Assembly: GCA_963845065.1 (NCBI GenBank) | Contig: CAWJQQ010000009.1 | Location: 320,001-384,000 of the forward strand | Reading direction: 5' to 3' | DNA length: 64,000 bases | Origin: Nitrospirota bacterium | GTDB taxonomy: Bacteria > Nitrospirota > UBA9217 | Part shown: in pieces, positions 50,643-60,875 of the stretch | Layout: each line of letters begins with the position of its first letter | Position numbering within the stretch: position 1 is the first letter of the stretch | The notes under the pieces: model-generated | Databases searched by the model: none | What the model was told of the DNA's origin: nothing | The model's input: the letters and a program-made list of their open reading frames with translations, nothing else | Translations under genes and position numbers: made by a program

Positions 50643-51422
50643 ATGATTTTAGACGATATTACCGCATACATAAAAGAGGAGCTGGCTGAGACCAAGCGTC
50701 GTTATCCATTCACAGAAATTAAAGCCAGGGCAGCTGGTTCTGAACCGGCGAGAGGATTCGGAAATGCACTTGCCGTGGGAGGCGGGATCAGGCTTATCGC
50801 AGAGGTCAAGAAGGCTTCTCCTTCTAAAGGCGTAATCCGCATGGACTTCGATCCGGTTGCTATCGCCGGAGCCTACGAGAAGTCTGGCGCGTCTTGTATT
50901 TCTGTCCTGACGGAGCGGAAGTTTTTTCAAGGAAAGCTCGAATATCTGGGTGCGATCCGCAAAATCGTCGGGCTCCCGCTCTTGCGCAAAGATTTCATAG
51001 TTGACGAGTATCAGATCCACGAAGCGCGGGCCGCTGGCGCTGATGCGATTCTGCTGATAGCGGCCTGCCTGGATAAAGGGCAACTGCAGGATTATATCGG
51101 GATCGCGCAACAGCTTGGTCTCGATGTGCTTGTCGAGTCCCATACCTATAGAGAGCTGGACAAGTCGCTCCTTGCCGGCGCCATGCTTGTCGGGATCAAC
51201 AACCGGGATCTGATGACCTTCACAGTCAGTTTACAAACTACGCTTGACCTTGTGAAGGACATCCCCGATGACTGTACGGTAGTGAGCGAGAGCGGGATCA
51301 AGACGCGGGGTGATGTAATGAATCTTCAGCAAGCCGGAGTCGATGCAATTCTGGTGGGAGAGAGTCTGATGCGAGGGAAGGATGTCGGGAAAAAAGTGAA
51401 AGAACTTCTGGGAATGGATTAA
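50643..51422 (+). CDS. trpC: Indole-3-glycerol phosphate synthase
   Basis: IAEVKKASPSKG, SVLTE, LRKDFI, GINNRDL, SESGI, LVGESLM. Confidence 0.97.
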   Translation: MILDDITAYIKEELAETKRRYPFTEIKARAAGSEPARGFGNALAVGGGIRLIAEVKKASPSKGVIRMDFDPVAIAGAYEKSGASCISVLTERKFFQGKLEYLGAIRKIVGLPLLRKDFIVDEYQIHEARAAGADAILLIAACLDKGQLQDYIGIAQQLGLDVLVESHTYRELDKSLLAGAMLVGINNRDLMTFTVSLQTTLDLVKDIPDDCTVVSESGIKTRGDVMNLQQAGVDAILVGESLMRGKDVGKKVKELLGMD

Positions 51423-51522
51423 TTGTGCCACGGAAATACCGAGCAACCATGGCAATCGCTTTCTAATCTGATTTTTGCATCGTTTCTTGTCGTTTCTACG
51501 CCCCTGGGGAGGGTTCAATCAC

Positions 51523-52155
51523 ATGATAAAAATAAAAATCTGCGGAATCACAAATCTGGATGATGCACTTGCGGCAGCCGATGCCGGCGCGGACGCATTG
51601 GGGTTTAATTTCTATAAAAAAAGTCCGCGTTATATTGACCCGGAAAAGGCGGCCGAGATTATTGCCCAGCTTCCTCCTTTTGTGATGCCCGTTGGCGTTT
51701 TTGTGAATGAACGGGAAGAGAAAATCCAGGAGATCCAGCAGATCACCTGCATGCAGGCCATCCAGCTGCATGGAGATGAAAGTCCAGAGTTCTGCCAGCG
51801 GTTCGGCGGCCGCGTGATCAAGGCTTTCCAGGTAAAAGACAAGGAGAGCATCAAACATATGGTGCACTACCACGTCGGAGCGTTCCTGCTCGACAGTTAT
51901 CGTAACGGCGTCCGTGGCGGGACGGGTGATGCCTTTGACTGGCACCTGGCAGTCGTGGCCAAGACATTCGGCAAAGTCATTCTGGCGGGAGGGCTCACCC
52001 CGGAGAACGTGGCTGAGGCTGTGAAGCTCGTTCAACCCTACGGAGTCGACGTGGCTGGCGGCGTGGAAAAGGAAAAAGGAATCAAAGACCATGCAAAGAT
52101 CAAAAAGTTTATTTCAGAAGTCCGAAGGGCATCGCGGCATGATTACGCCGGATAA
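51523..52155 (+). CDS. trpF: Phosphoribosylanthranilate isomerase
   Basis: KICGIT, SPRY, QLHGDE, GGTG..FDW, LAGGL. Confidence 0.97.
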   Translation: MIKIKICGITNLDDALAAADAGADALGFNFYKKSPRYIDPEKAAEIIAQLPPFVMPVGVFVNEREEKIQEIQQITCMQAIQLHGDESPEFCQRFGGRVIKAFQVKDKESIKHMVHYHVGAFLLDSYRNGVRGGTGDAFDWHLAVVAKTFGKVILAGGLTPENVAEAVKLVQPYGVDVAGGVEKEKGIKDHAKIKKFISEVRRASRHDYAG

Positions 52156-53329
52156 AAAGGGGCATTATGGCATCTATGGCGGTAAGTTCGCACCGGAGAC
52201 GCTCATGCCTGCGCTCGCTGAGCTCGAATCCGCCTACCTTGCCGCGAAGAAGGACAAAGAGTTCAAAACCGAGCTTGAATTCTACTTCCGCGAATTCATC
52301 GGAAGGCCGACTCCGCTTTATTTCGCGAAGAGGCTCACCGCGCATTTAGGCGGCGCGAAGATCTACTTGAAGCGCGAAGACCTCTGCCACACCGGTGCAC
52401 ACAAGATTAACAATTCCCTGGCCCAGGTCCTGCTCGCCAAACGCATGGGCAAGACCCGCGTGGTTGCCGAGACGGGCGCAGGCCAGCACGGGGTAGCCAC
52501 AGCCACTGCAGCAGCAATGTTTGGCCTCGACTGCGAAGTATACATGGGCACCGACGATGTGAAGCGCCAGTCCCTGAACGTTTATCGCATGAAACTTCTG
52601 GGCACGACGGTGCGTCCCGTAGACCTTGGCAGCAAAACGCTGAAAGACGCGATCAACGAGGCCATGCGCGACTGGATTACGAACGTAGCGAATACCCATT
52701 ACGTGCTTGGCACGGTTTTTGGTCCGCATCCCTTCCCCGTGATGGTACGGGACTTTCAGTCTGTTATCGGCCGCGAGGCGAAGAAGCAAATTCTGAAATT
52801 TGAAGGAAAACTTCCTGATGCCATGATCGCCTGCGTTGGCGGCGGTTCGAACGCCATGGGCCTGTTCTATGAGTTTCTCGACGATGTGACGGTTAAAATG
52901 TATGGCATAGAAGCAGGGGGGCTCGGGATTGAACGCGGAAAGCACGCTGCCCGATTCGCCGGCGGATCGCTTGGCGTACTCCAAGGTTCAAAGACATTCA
53001 TCCTTCAGGATGAACAGGGGCAGATCGAATTAACCCATTCCGTGTCCGCTGGCCTGGATTACGCAGCCGTGGGACCTGAGCATGCGTTCTATCATGATTC
53101 GGGTCGCATTGAGTATACGTATGCAATAGACGAAGAGGCCATGGAGGCCTTCGACCTTCTCTCGCGTCTCGAAGGCATTATTCCCGCTTTGGAAAGTGCA
53201 CACGCAGTCGCCTATTGCTTGAAATTGGCGCCCACACTCGGCAAAGACAAGGTTGTCATTGTGAATCTCTCGGGTCGAGGAGACAAGGACGTGATGCAGG
53301 TGGCGAAGATCAACGGAGTTGATCTGTAG
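52139..53329 (+). CDS. trpB: Tryptophan synthase beta chain
   Basis: [44 protein letters not shown]. Confidence 0.98.
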   Translation: MITPDKKGHYGIYGGKFAPETLMPALAELESAYLAAKKDKEFKTELEFYFREFIGRPTPLYFAKRLTAHLGGAKIYLKREDLCHTGAHKINNSLAQVLLAKRMGKTRVVAETGAGQHGVATATAAAMFGLDCEVYMGTDDVKRQSLNVYRMKLLGTTVRPVDLGSKTLKDAINEAMRDWITNVANTHYVLGTVFGPHPFPVMVRDFQSVIGREAKKQILKFEGKLPDAMIACVGGGSNAMGLFYEFLDDVTVKMYGIEAGGLGIERGKHAARFAGGSLGVLQGSKTFILQDEQGQIELTHSVSAGLDYAAVGPEHAFYHDSGRIEYTYAIDEEAMEAFDLLSRLEGIIPALESAHAVAYCLKLAPTLGKDKVVIVNLSGRGDKDVMQVAKINGVDL

Positions 53330-53379
53330 GTAGTGCAGTCTGCTGAATACTATATATTATAAGATCGAAAAGCGAATAC

Positions 53380-54192
53380 ATGTCAAGAATAAAGACTACC
53401 TTCAATCGGTTGAAGAAGAAAGGCGAGACCGCCCTCATCCCCTATGTCATGGCAGGAGATCCTGACCTTGCCACAACGAAGACGCTCATTCTCGAGATGG
53501 AAAAGGTGGGCTGTGATATAATCGAACTCGGCGCCCCTTTTTCCGATCCTCTCGCTGACGGTCCGACTATCCAGAAAGCAGCAATCCGCTCGCTCAGGAA
53601 CAATACGAGCATTGCCGACGTGCTCAGTCTCGTCGCTGATGTTCGTACAGACAGCAAGATTCCGCTCATTCTGATGACCTACTACAACTTGATCTTTCAT
53701 TATGGCGAAGAGCGTTTTGTCAGCGATGCTGTTGCCTCCGGGCTGGACGGCATCATTCTGCCGGACCTTCCCCCGGAAGAGGCCGGAGTACTGGTACCGC
53801 TTGCAAAGAAGTCGGGGTTGGATACGATCTTCCTGCTGGCGCCGACGAGTACCGAGGATCGGATCAGACTCGTGTGCAAGGTCAGCCAAGGGTTTGTCTA
53901 TTACGTGTCGCTGACAGGTGTGACCGGTGCACGCGTTGGGGTTCAGAGCTCGATCGAAGAATCGCTCAAAAAGATCAAGGCAGCAACGGACAAGCCCGTT
54001 GCTGTCGGCTTCGGCATCTCCACACCGGACCAGGCAGCGCAAATCTCCCACTGGGGTGCAGACGGGATCATCGTCGGAAGTGCGCTCGTCAAAGTTATCG
54101 AAGAGAATTTCGGTGCGCCCGAATTGGTACCGCGCACGGTGGATTTTGCGCGGGCACTAAAACAGGGAGTGCTTGCAGGACATGGCAATTAA
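53380..54192 (+). CDS. trpA: Tryptophan synthase alpha chain
   Basis: ELGAPFSDPLADGPTIQ, PDLPPEE, GVTG, GFGIS, VGSA. Confidence 0.98.
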   Translation: MSRIKTTFNRLKKKGETALIPYVMAGDPDLATTKTLILEMEKVGCDIIELGAPFSDPLADGPTIQKAAIRSLRNNTSIADVLSLVADVRTDSKIPLILMTYYNLIFHYGEERFVSDAVASGLDGIILPDLPPEEAGVLVPLAKKSGLDTIFLLAPTSTEDRIRLVCKVSQGFVYYVSLTGVTGARVGVQSSIEESLKKIKAATDKPVAVGFGISTPDQAAQISHWGADGIIVGSALVKVIEENFGAPELVPRTVDFARALKQGVLAGHGN

Positions 54193-54516
54193 CGTACGCA
54201 TACCGCTAAAGCGTATTTGATTCTGGGATAAAAGCGGAGCTGCTGCCAGAAACTTCGGTAGTCTTACGATTCCTCTCCCTATAGTCGGCAGCCCCCACTA
54301 TTCGAATCACGATTGTGTGGAACTAGTCTTTACGGGCAAAAAGCAATCTTCTTGCCAGAACCCCATACTTATGGTTTCAAAAAACAGGACAGGGAACTGT
54401 TTTCCTGCCGCGAAGAATGGGCACTATGATATCCCAGTAATAAACATTTATCAACTATACGGGTTCTGCGCTTTCATCTCACTGCTAAGGCATGTGGGGT
54501 TTCCCGCGCTGGATGC
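54189..54516 (-). mobile_element. Non-autonomous IS200/IS605 derivative (MITE-like), copy A, 328 bp
   Basis: Minus-strand LE: TTCG|GCATCCAGCGCGGG-AAAC-CCCACATGCCTTAGCAGTGAG-ATGAAAGCGC. Degenerate RE: GAATCAAATACGCTTTAGCGGTATGCGTACGTTAA. Aligns along its length with 57962-58289. Confidence 0.72.
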
Positions 54517-54534
54517 CGAAAGAGGAGGTCATGC

Positions 54535-55179
54535 ATGAGCGACATTCAGACACAGCTCTTTTCACGATTCGGGAAAAAAATACCTGCGAACACGGTTCTA
54601 TTTCACGAAGGTGATATTGGCGAAAACATGTACATCATCCAGTCTGGACGGGTCAAAATCAGCAAGCGGATCCGCGGCGTGGAAAAGACCCTTGCTACCC
54701 TCGCAAAGGGAGAGTTTCTCGGTGAGATGGCCATCCTGAACGACAAACCGCGTTCGGCTACGGCCGAGACACTCGATGATTGCGATATGCTGGTCATCGA
54801 CCGCAAAACCTTCGACACCTTGATCCGCGGGAATGCAGAGATCGCCGTGAGGTTCATCAAGCGATTGGCAGACCGGCTGCGTGAAACTAACGATCAGATG
54901 GAAGCCTTGATGATCAAGGACAATACCAGCCGTCTCGTGAGCATTCTTGCCAAGCATGTGAAGGAACAGCAAAAGGCCGGTGAGTTTAGCTTGACCATTG
55001 AAGATCTGGCGGGCCTCGCCGGGATAGAAGCTTCACAAGCCCGGTCGATTTTGGAGAAGCTTGCGAACGTCCGGATAGTAGAAATAGTTGGCACCAAGTT
55101 ATACATCAGGGATCAGGATCAGGTAGAACGGCTGCTGCGCTTTTTGGAAATGCGCGAAATATTTGGAGAAATGGTGTAA
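54535..55179 (+). CDS. Crp/Fnr family cNMP-binding regulator
   Basis: LFHEGD..MYIIQSG, GEFLGEMAIL..PRSATA phosphate-binding cassette, C-terminal HTH; GGAGG RBS. Confidence 0.92.
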   Translation: MSDIQTQLFSRFGKKIPANTVLFHEGDIGENMYIIQSGRVKISKRIRGVEKTLATLAKGEFLGEMAILNDKPRSATAETLDDCDMLVIDRKTFDTLIRGNAEIAVRFIKRLADRLRETNDQMEALMIKDNTSRLVSILAKHVKEQQKAGEFSLTIEDLAGLAGIEASQARSILEKLANVRIVEIVGTKLYIRDQDQVERLLRFLEMREIFGEMV

Positions 55180-55246
55180 AAAAAAAGCAGGGAGCAGCCA
55201 GGGAGGCATCCAGAGTGAAATTGCCTACAAAAAAGATGGAGTTACA

Positions 55247-57142
55247 ATGAGACAAAAAGGCGGTAAAAGCGCAGGTATCATCATAGCACTGATTGTGGCG
55301 GTGACATTGTCGATGTTCTACCTGAGCAATACGAAGTTTTTCAATGTGCTGGAGGAGAAGACTCTCGACATGCGGTTCGCGATGCGGGGCAAGATATTAC
55401 CGGGCCCCGAGACCGTGATCGCCGCAATCGACGAGAAGAGCATCAAAAAGCTCGGACGATTTCCCTGGCCCAGGTCCGTGTGGGGCCGCGTGGTAGACCG
55501 TTTGACGGAAGACGGCGCCAGGGTCATCGTGTTCGACGTATTTTTCACGGAGCCGGAGAAGGTGGAATCCGATGACATGCTGCAGCAAGCCATCCGGAGA
55601 AGTGGCCGTGTGATCCTTCCGGTGGTGTTCGATTTTTCCAAAACCGGTTTCAAGGAAACAGGCTTCACCGATAAAAAGCTGGACTTCATGACTCCCTCTT
55701 CCTACACAGTGGTGAAACATGCCGACGAGCCTTTTTCACCGTTGAAAGCAGCAATGGTGCTGCCGACGCTCTACCAGTTTTCCTCGGTCGCGAAATCACT
55801 GGCACATATCAATATGATCCCTGACGACGACGGTGAGCTCCGCTGGGAGATGCTGGCCATCGATTACCAGGGAGACTACTATGCTCCCATCGGCCTGCAG
55901 GCAGTGCGGCTCTACCGGGGCTTGAAAAACGAGGACCTCTCAATCGATTACCTTGGAGAGGTCGACCTTGGAGACGAATCCATTCCGACCGATGAGCACG
56001 GAAGAATGCTTATCAATTACCGTGGCCCGACCGGGACGTTCCCGACATATTCCATTGCCGATATTCTCGACCGGGCTTTGCCTGCAGACACGTTCAAGGA
56101 CAAAATCATTCTGATCGGCGCTACCGCCATCGGCATCTACGACCTCCGCGTTACGCCCTTCTCGAACAGCATGCCGGGGATCGAAAAACACGCCAGCGTG
56201 GTCGATAATATCCTGCACAGGGACTTCATCCGCCATTCCAAAGTTAACGTTCCCGTGCTCATCGTTCTATTTGCCGTAGTGCTCGGGTTATCCATTCCTC
56301 GGCTTGGCGCAAAAGCAGGAGCGGCACTTTTCATTATCCTGTTCGCTGGTTTCCTGGGATTTGTGTACTACCTGTTCGTGGCCAAGGGAATTTGGTTCAA
56401 CATGGTATACCCGGCATCAGCGATGTTCTTTGGCTACACGAGCCAGACCGCTTATCGGTTCTTTATGGAAGAACGGCGGGCGCGGGATATACGCAAAATG
56501 TTCTCGAGCTACGTGTCAAAGCGGATCGTCGACGAACTCATCAGGGATCCCAGCAAGGCAAAGCTTGGCGGAGATCGCAAGGAGATCACGGTGCTTTTTT
56601 CGGACATCCGGGGTTTTACCTCCTTTTCCGAGAAGCACCAGCCTGAGGAAGTGGTTTCGCTGTTGAATGAATATCTGGGGGCAATGACGGAGATCGTGTT
56701 CGAGTACGAAGGGACGCTGGATAAGTTCGTAGGAGACGCCATTATGGCCCTCTGGGGAGCGCCAATAGGCCAGCTGGATCATGCGGAGCGCGCGGTCAGG
56801 TGTGCCCTGGCCATGATTGCCAAGCTAAAACAACTGCAGGCGAAGTGGGCCTCCGAAGGAAAGTACGTCATCGATATCGGGATCGGTATCAATACCGGCG
56901 ATATGGTGGTGGGCAACATGGGGGCTGAGGGCAAGAAGATGGACTATACCGTGATCGGCGACAATGTGAACCTCGGCGCTCGTTTAGAAGGCTTGACAAG
57001 AAAGTACAATAATCATATCATCATATCGGAATATACCTATGAAAAGGTAAAGGACATCGTTGAGGCTAAGCAACTCGATTCCGTGACCGTAAAGGGAAAA
57101 GAAAATCCTGTCGTGGTGTATGACCTTGTCGGGGTGAAATAG
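55247..57142 (+). CDS. CHASE2-domain class III adenylate cyclase
   Basis: CHASE2 motifs (IDEKS..FPWPR, LIGATA, PGIEKHA) and three TM helices. Cyclase FSDIRGFT, DKFVGD, MDYTVIGDNVNLGARLE, with K/D ATP-specifying residues. Confidence 0.94.
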   Translation: MRQKGGKSAGIIIALIVAVTLSMFYLSNTKFFNVLEEKTLDMRFAMRGKILPGPETVIAAIDEKSIKKLGRFPWPRSVWGRVVDRLTEDGARVIVFDVFFTEPEKVESDDMLQQAIRRSGRVILPVVFDFSKTGFKETGFTDKKLDFMTPSSYTVVKHADEPFSPLKAAMVLPTLYQFSSVAKSLAHINMIPDDDGELRWEMLAIDYQGDYYAPIGLQAVRLYRGLKNEDLSIDYLGEVDLGDESIPTDEHGRMLINYRGPTGTFPTYSIADILDRALPADTFKDKIILIGATAIGIYDLRVTPFSNSMPGIEKHASVVDNILHRDFIRHSKVNVPVLIVLFAVVLGLSIPRLGAKAGAALFIILFAGFLGFVYYLFVAKGIWFNMVYPASAMFFGYTSQTAYRFFMEERRARDIRKMFSSYVSKRIVDELIRDPSKAKLGGDRKEITVLFSDIRGFTSFSEKHQPEEVVSLLNEYLGAMTEIVFEYEGTLDKFVGDAIMALWGAPIGQLDHAERAVRCALAMIAKLKQLQAKWASEGKYVIDIGIGINTGDMVVGNMGAEGKKMDYTVIGDNVNLGARLEGLTRKYNNHIIISEYTYEKVKDIVEAKQLDSVTVKGKENPVVVYDLVGVK

Positions 57143-57197
57143 CAATCAGGCGGAGCGGAACAACTATCGCATAATTTGATTGCGCAGAGGAGGGCGA

Positions 57198-57965
57198 ATG
57201 AAGGTAAAAATTCTGGGTTGCTCCGGTTCCGAGACGATCGGCCACAAGCCCCCGGGTTTCCTGGTAAACGATGTGATGATGCTGGATGCCGGCACAATCA
57301 CTGCCGCGCTCAGCATCGAAGCGCAGAGCAGGATCACCGACATAGTCATTAGCCATACGCATCTTGACCACATCAAGTCAGTCATGTTCCTGGCGGACAA
57401 CATTATTGGCCGCATCAAGAAACCGGTAAATATCCATGCTATCCCGAAGGTCCTTGACGCGATCCGGAAATACCTGATGAACGACATCATCTGGCCAGAT
57501 TTCACCAAGATCCCGACGCCGAAAAATCCCGTGCTGGCCTATGCACCAATGCCGCTGGGCAGGTCGGTGAGCATCGCAGGATTGAAGGTAAAGGCAATCC
57601 CCATGAACCACCCAGTCCCTGCCGTCGGATTTCTCGTGAGTGACGGGAAGTCGTCATTTCTCTACAGCGCGGACACAGGGCCGAACGAAGGGCTCTGGAA
57701 AGAAGCAGCGAAGGCCAAAAACCTTTCGGCGGTCATCGTTGATACCTCATTTCCGAACAGCCTCGATAGCATTGCCACCCTTAGTGGTCATTTTACGCCT
57801 GCCCAGCTCCATCAGGACCTTGCTAATGCAAAGATCGGCCTTAACATGCCGGTCTATATCTATCATGTGAAGCCGGTCCATAAAAAGAAGGTCATCAGTG
57901 AACTGACAGGATTAGGCAGAAGAAATGTGAAGATCCTTGTTGAAGGGAAGACGTATAACTTTTGA
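57198..57965 (+). CDS. MBL-fold 3',5'-cyclic nucleotide phosphodiesterase (class II-like)
   Basis: ILGCSG, LDAGT, SHTHLDH, NDIIWPDF, HPVP, ADTG, SFPN..SGHFTP, YHVKP. Confidence 0.85.
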   Translation: MKVKILGCSGSETIGHKPPGFLVNDVMMLDAGTITAALSIEAQSRITDIVISHTHLDHIKSVMFLADNIIGRIKKPVNIHAIPKVLDAIRKYLMNDIIWPDFTKIPTPKNPVLAYAPMPLGRSVSIAGLKVKAIPMNHPVPAVGFLVSDGKSSFLYSADTGPNEGLWKEAAKAKNLSAVIVDTSFPNSLDSIATLSGHFTPAQLHQDLANAKIGLNMPVYIYHVKPVHKKKVISELTGLGRRNVKILVEGKTYNF

Positions 57966-58289
57966 CGCGCTCCCACCCCTAAAGAATGTGGGATCCTGGT
58001 ATGCAAACGGAGCTGTTGTCAGCATCAAGAGCCTTACTGCTCCTCTTCCAATGGTTGGAAGCCCCCAGCATTTTGGTTTCAGGTTCTAAGCGGGCAAAAG
58101 TGTTGTCCGGCAATTTTCTTGCCGGAACCCCATACTTTTGGTTTTAAAGAACAAAACAGGGAACTGTTTACCTGTCGTGAAGCATGGGTACTATGTATCG
58201 CAGTAGTAGACATTTGCTGACTATATGTGTTCAGCGCTTTCGCCCAGCCACTTGAGCATGTGGGATTTTTCGCGCGGGGCACAGGGCAC
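57962..58289 (-). mobile_element. Non-autonomous IS200/IS605 derivative (MITE-like), copy B, 328 bp
   Basis: Minus-strand LE: TTAG|GTGCCCT GTGCCCCGCGCGAA-AAAT-CCCAC..GGG-CGAAAGCGC. Canonical-looking RE: GGATCCCACATTCTTTAGGGGTGGGAGCGCGTCAA. Homologous to 54189-54516. Confidence 0.78.
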
Positions 58290-58334
58290 CTAACTAAGTT
58301 CAAAGCACACAATAGCTGCACCTGAAGGAGCATT

Positions 58335-59189
58335 ATGGTTTGGTTCAAAAAAGAACGGCATGAGAACGCTGCCCCGGAGGCCCCTGCAAAAAAAGTGAAG
58401 ATCCCCGAGGGGCTCTGGGTAAAATGCGATAACTGCAAAGAGATTATTTATCGCAAAGAAGTCGAGAAGAACTACAAGGTCTGTCCCAAATGCGACTATC
58501 ACTTCCGTATTACCGCGTCGGAGCGGCTGCCGTATCTCGTTGACGAAGGAAGTTTCCTCGAAGTGGAGGATGGTCTTTCCCCGAGGGATTTCCTGTCCTT
58601 TAAGGACTACAAGGACAAACTTAAAAGCAACCGCAAAAAAACGGGGCTCAAGGACGCAATCATATCCGGCGAAGCAAAGATCGGCGGCAAGCAAGTTTCG
58701 ATCGTGGTCATGGACTTTAACTTTATGGGCGGCAGTATGGGCTCTGTGGTCGGCGAGAAGATCGCCCGTGCCGTAGAGAGGTCCATCGAAAACCGTACAG
58801 CCTTTGTTTCGGTTGCGTCATCGGGCGGTGCTCGTATGCAGGAGGGCATCCTCTCGCTCATGCAAATGGCCAAGACAGCGGCCGCCGTGGCGCGTCTCGG
58901 CCAGGCCGGGCTCCCATTTATCTCGATATTAACTGACCCCACCTTTGGCGGCGTGACCGCGAGCTTTGCTATGCTCGGAGACATCATTGTTGCCGAGCCT
59001 AAGAGTCTCATCGGGTTTGCCGGGCCGCGGGTCATCGAACAGACTATAAAACAACAACTTCCCGCGGGGTTCCAGCGCGCAGAGTTCCTGCTTGATCATG
59101 GGATGATCGATATGATCGTCCCGCGGAAGGAAATGCGAGCGACGCTTGCCAGGGTTCTTGAATTCTTTGCCCCCTCAGGTTCACTATGA
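58335..59189 (+). CDS. accD: Acetyl-CoA carboxylase carboxyltransferase beta subunit
   Basis: WVKCDNC..VCPKC Zn finger, [28 protein letters not shown]. Confidence 0.97.
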   Translation: MVWFKKERHENAAPEAPAKKVKIPEGLWVKCDNCKEIIYRKEVEKNYKVCPKCDYHFRITASERLPYLVDEGSFLEVEDGLSPRDFLSFKDYKDKLKSNRKKTGLKDAIISGEAKIGGKQVSIVVMDFNFMGGSMGSVVGEKIARAVERSIENRTAFVSVASSGGARMQEGILSLMQMAKTAAAVARLGQAGLPFISILTDPTFGGVTASFAMLGDIIVAEPKSLIGFAGPRVIEQTIKQQLPAGFQRAEFLLDHGMIDMIVPRKEMRATLARVLEFFAPSGSL

Positions 59190-59404
59190 GCGAAATGGCA
59201 AAAATGTTGATTCTCCTGGGGGCCGTCCTGATCGTTCTGGGGCTCATTTTGCTCCTGCTGCAGAGAACTCCGTACCTAGGCAAGCTGCCTGGAGACATCC
59301 TTATCAAGCGTGAACATGTTACAATTTATTTTCCACTTGCTACGAGCATCATCATTAGCATTATCGTAAGTCTTATTCTCTATTTTATCAATAGGTTCAG
59401 GTAA
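59186..59404 (+). CDS. DUF2905-like small membrane protein
   Basis: [16 protein letters not shown] signature between two TM helices. Confidence 0.85.
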   Translation: MSEMAKMLILLGAVLIVLGLILLLLQRTPYLGKLPGDILIKREHVTIYFPLATSIIISIIVSLILYFINRFR

Positions 59405-59492
59405 TATCTCATGGTGCCTCATAACACCAATTTCCTCTACCTCACGTCCCCGTCCCCGTCCCACCAAACCCCTATTAACAGCGAACTGGGAA

Positions 59493-60872
59493 ATGAGCAT
59501 GTCTGACGATATAGCGGTAAAACGCTCCGCCTTGCTGATTGCCACCCTCTCGGCGTTTCTTACGCCGTTTATGGTTTCCTCCATCAATATTGCTCTTCCT
59601 TCAATCGCGAAAGATCTCCATATGAGCGCAGTCCAGATGAGCTGGGTCCCGTCGTCCTACCTTCTGGCCGCGTCAATTTTTCTCGTGCCCTTCGGGAGAA
59701 TGGCAGACATTTATGGCCGGAAGCGGATATTTAACTACGGTATCTGGATATACACGATCTCATCGCTCCTGCTTGCACTTACTCCATCGGTTTCACTGCT
59801 TATTTTCTTCCGCACGCTGGAGGGATTCGGAAGCGCCATGATCTTCGGGACAGGAATGGCAATCCTGACTTCCGTGTATCCCGCGGCGGAGCGGGGGAGG
59901 GTGCTCGGGATCAATGTTGCTGCCATCTATCTAGGGCTTTCTCTCGGACCAACGCTTGGCGGACTTCTGACCCAGCATTTCGGGTGGCGGAGCATATTTT
60001 TGGTGAATATTCCCCTGGGATGCGGGATCATTTTTCTTGTCGCTTCAAAATTAAAACAGGAATGGGCGGAAGCGCAGGGCGAGCAGTTTGATCTCACGGG
60101 ATCCCTCATCTACAGTGTCATGCTGGTGTCGTTAATGTATGGTTTCTCGCTCCTGCCGGCGTGGTCGGGTATGGGCTTAATATTGGCCGGTATTGCCGGT
60201 ATCGCGTTTTTTATCTTTTGGGAGCGGAAGGCAATGAGCCCGCTCCTGAATATGAACTTGTTCTTCGACAATGTGGCCTTTGCGTTTTCGAATCTGGCGG
60301 CATTGATCAACTATAGTGCGACCTTCGCGGTCACCTTTCTCATGAGCCTCTATCTCCAGTACATCAAAGGTCTCACTCCCCAGCAGGCAGGTATAGTCCT
60401 GGTGTTTCAACCGCTCGTCATGGCAGTTTTCTCTCCCTTTGCCGGCAGGCTTTCCGACAAAATTGAACCGCGCGTTGTTGCGTCGATTGGCATGGGATTC
60501 ACTGCAGCAGGACTGGTCCTGTTCACGTTCCTCAAGAGCCAGACCCATCTTGCCTACATTGTCGTCGGTCTTATTCTGCTCGGCTTTGGGTTCGCTTTGT
60601 TTTCGTCGCCGAACACGAACGCAGTCATGAGCTCTATCGAGAGACGGTTCTACGGGGTGGGGTCTGCGACACTCGGTACCATGCGCCTCACCGGTCAGAT
60701 GCTGAGCATGGGGATCACCATGCTCATTTTTGCACTCCACATTGGGAGCGCGCGAATTACACCAGAATACTATCCGCTGTTCCTGACGAGCACAAAAACG
60801 GCATTCATTATTTTTGCAGCCCTCTGCTTCGGCGGTATCTTTGCGTCGATGGCGAGGGGAAAGGTGAGGTGA
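59493..60872 (+). CDS. MFS transporter (DHA2-like)
   Basis: INIALPSI, GRMADIYGRK motif A, GPTLGG, WRSIFLVNIP, about 14 TM segments. Confidence 0.93.
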   Translation: MSMSDDIAVKRSALLIATLSAFLTPFMVSSINIALPSIAKDLHMSAVQMSWVPSSYLLAASIFLVPFGRMADIYGRKRIFNYGIWIYTISSLLLALTPSVSLLIFFRTLEGFGSAMIFGTGMAILTSVYPAAERGRVLGINVAAIYLGLSLGPTLGGLLTQHFGWRSIFLVNIPLGCGIIFLVASKLKQEWAEAQGEQFDLTGSLIYSVMLVSLMYGFSLLPAWSGMGLILAGIAGIAFFIFWERKAMSPLLNMNLFFDNVAFAFSNLAALINYSATFAVTFLMSLYLQYIKGLTPQQAGIVLVFQPLVMAVFSPFAGRLSDKIEPRVVASIGMGFTAAGLVLFTFLKSQTHLAYIVVGLILLGFGFALFSSPNTNAVMSSIERRFYGVGSATLGTMRLTGQMLSMGITMLIFALHIGSARITPEYYPLFLTSTKTAFIIFAALCFGGIFASMARGKVR

Positions 60873-60875
60873 ACT

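Noticed and set aside
54317..54538. 73-aa ORF and the homologous frame near 58110-58220
   Set aside because: It lies inside the MITE. The two copies differ by a frameshift and stops, with substitutions spread over all codon positions.
54189..58289. Composite transposon or island carrying crp-cya-pde between direct repeats
   Set aside because: Each repeat has its own LE, RE and target site at a stop codon, and the copies are clearly diverged. Independent insertions explain this better, though it is not formally excluded.
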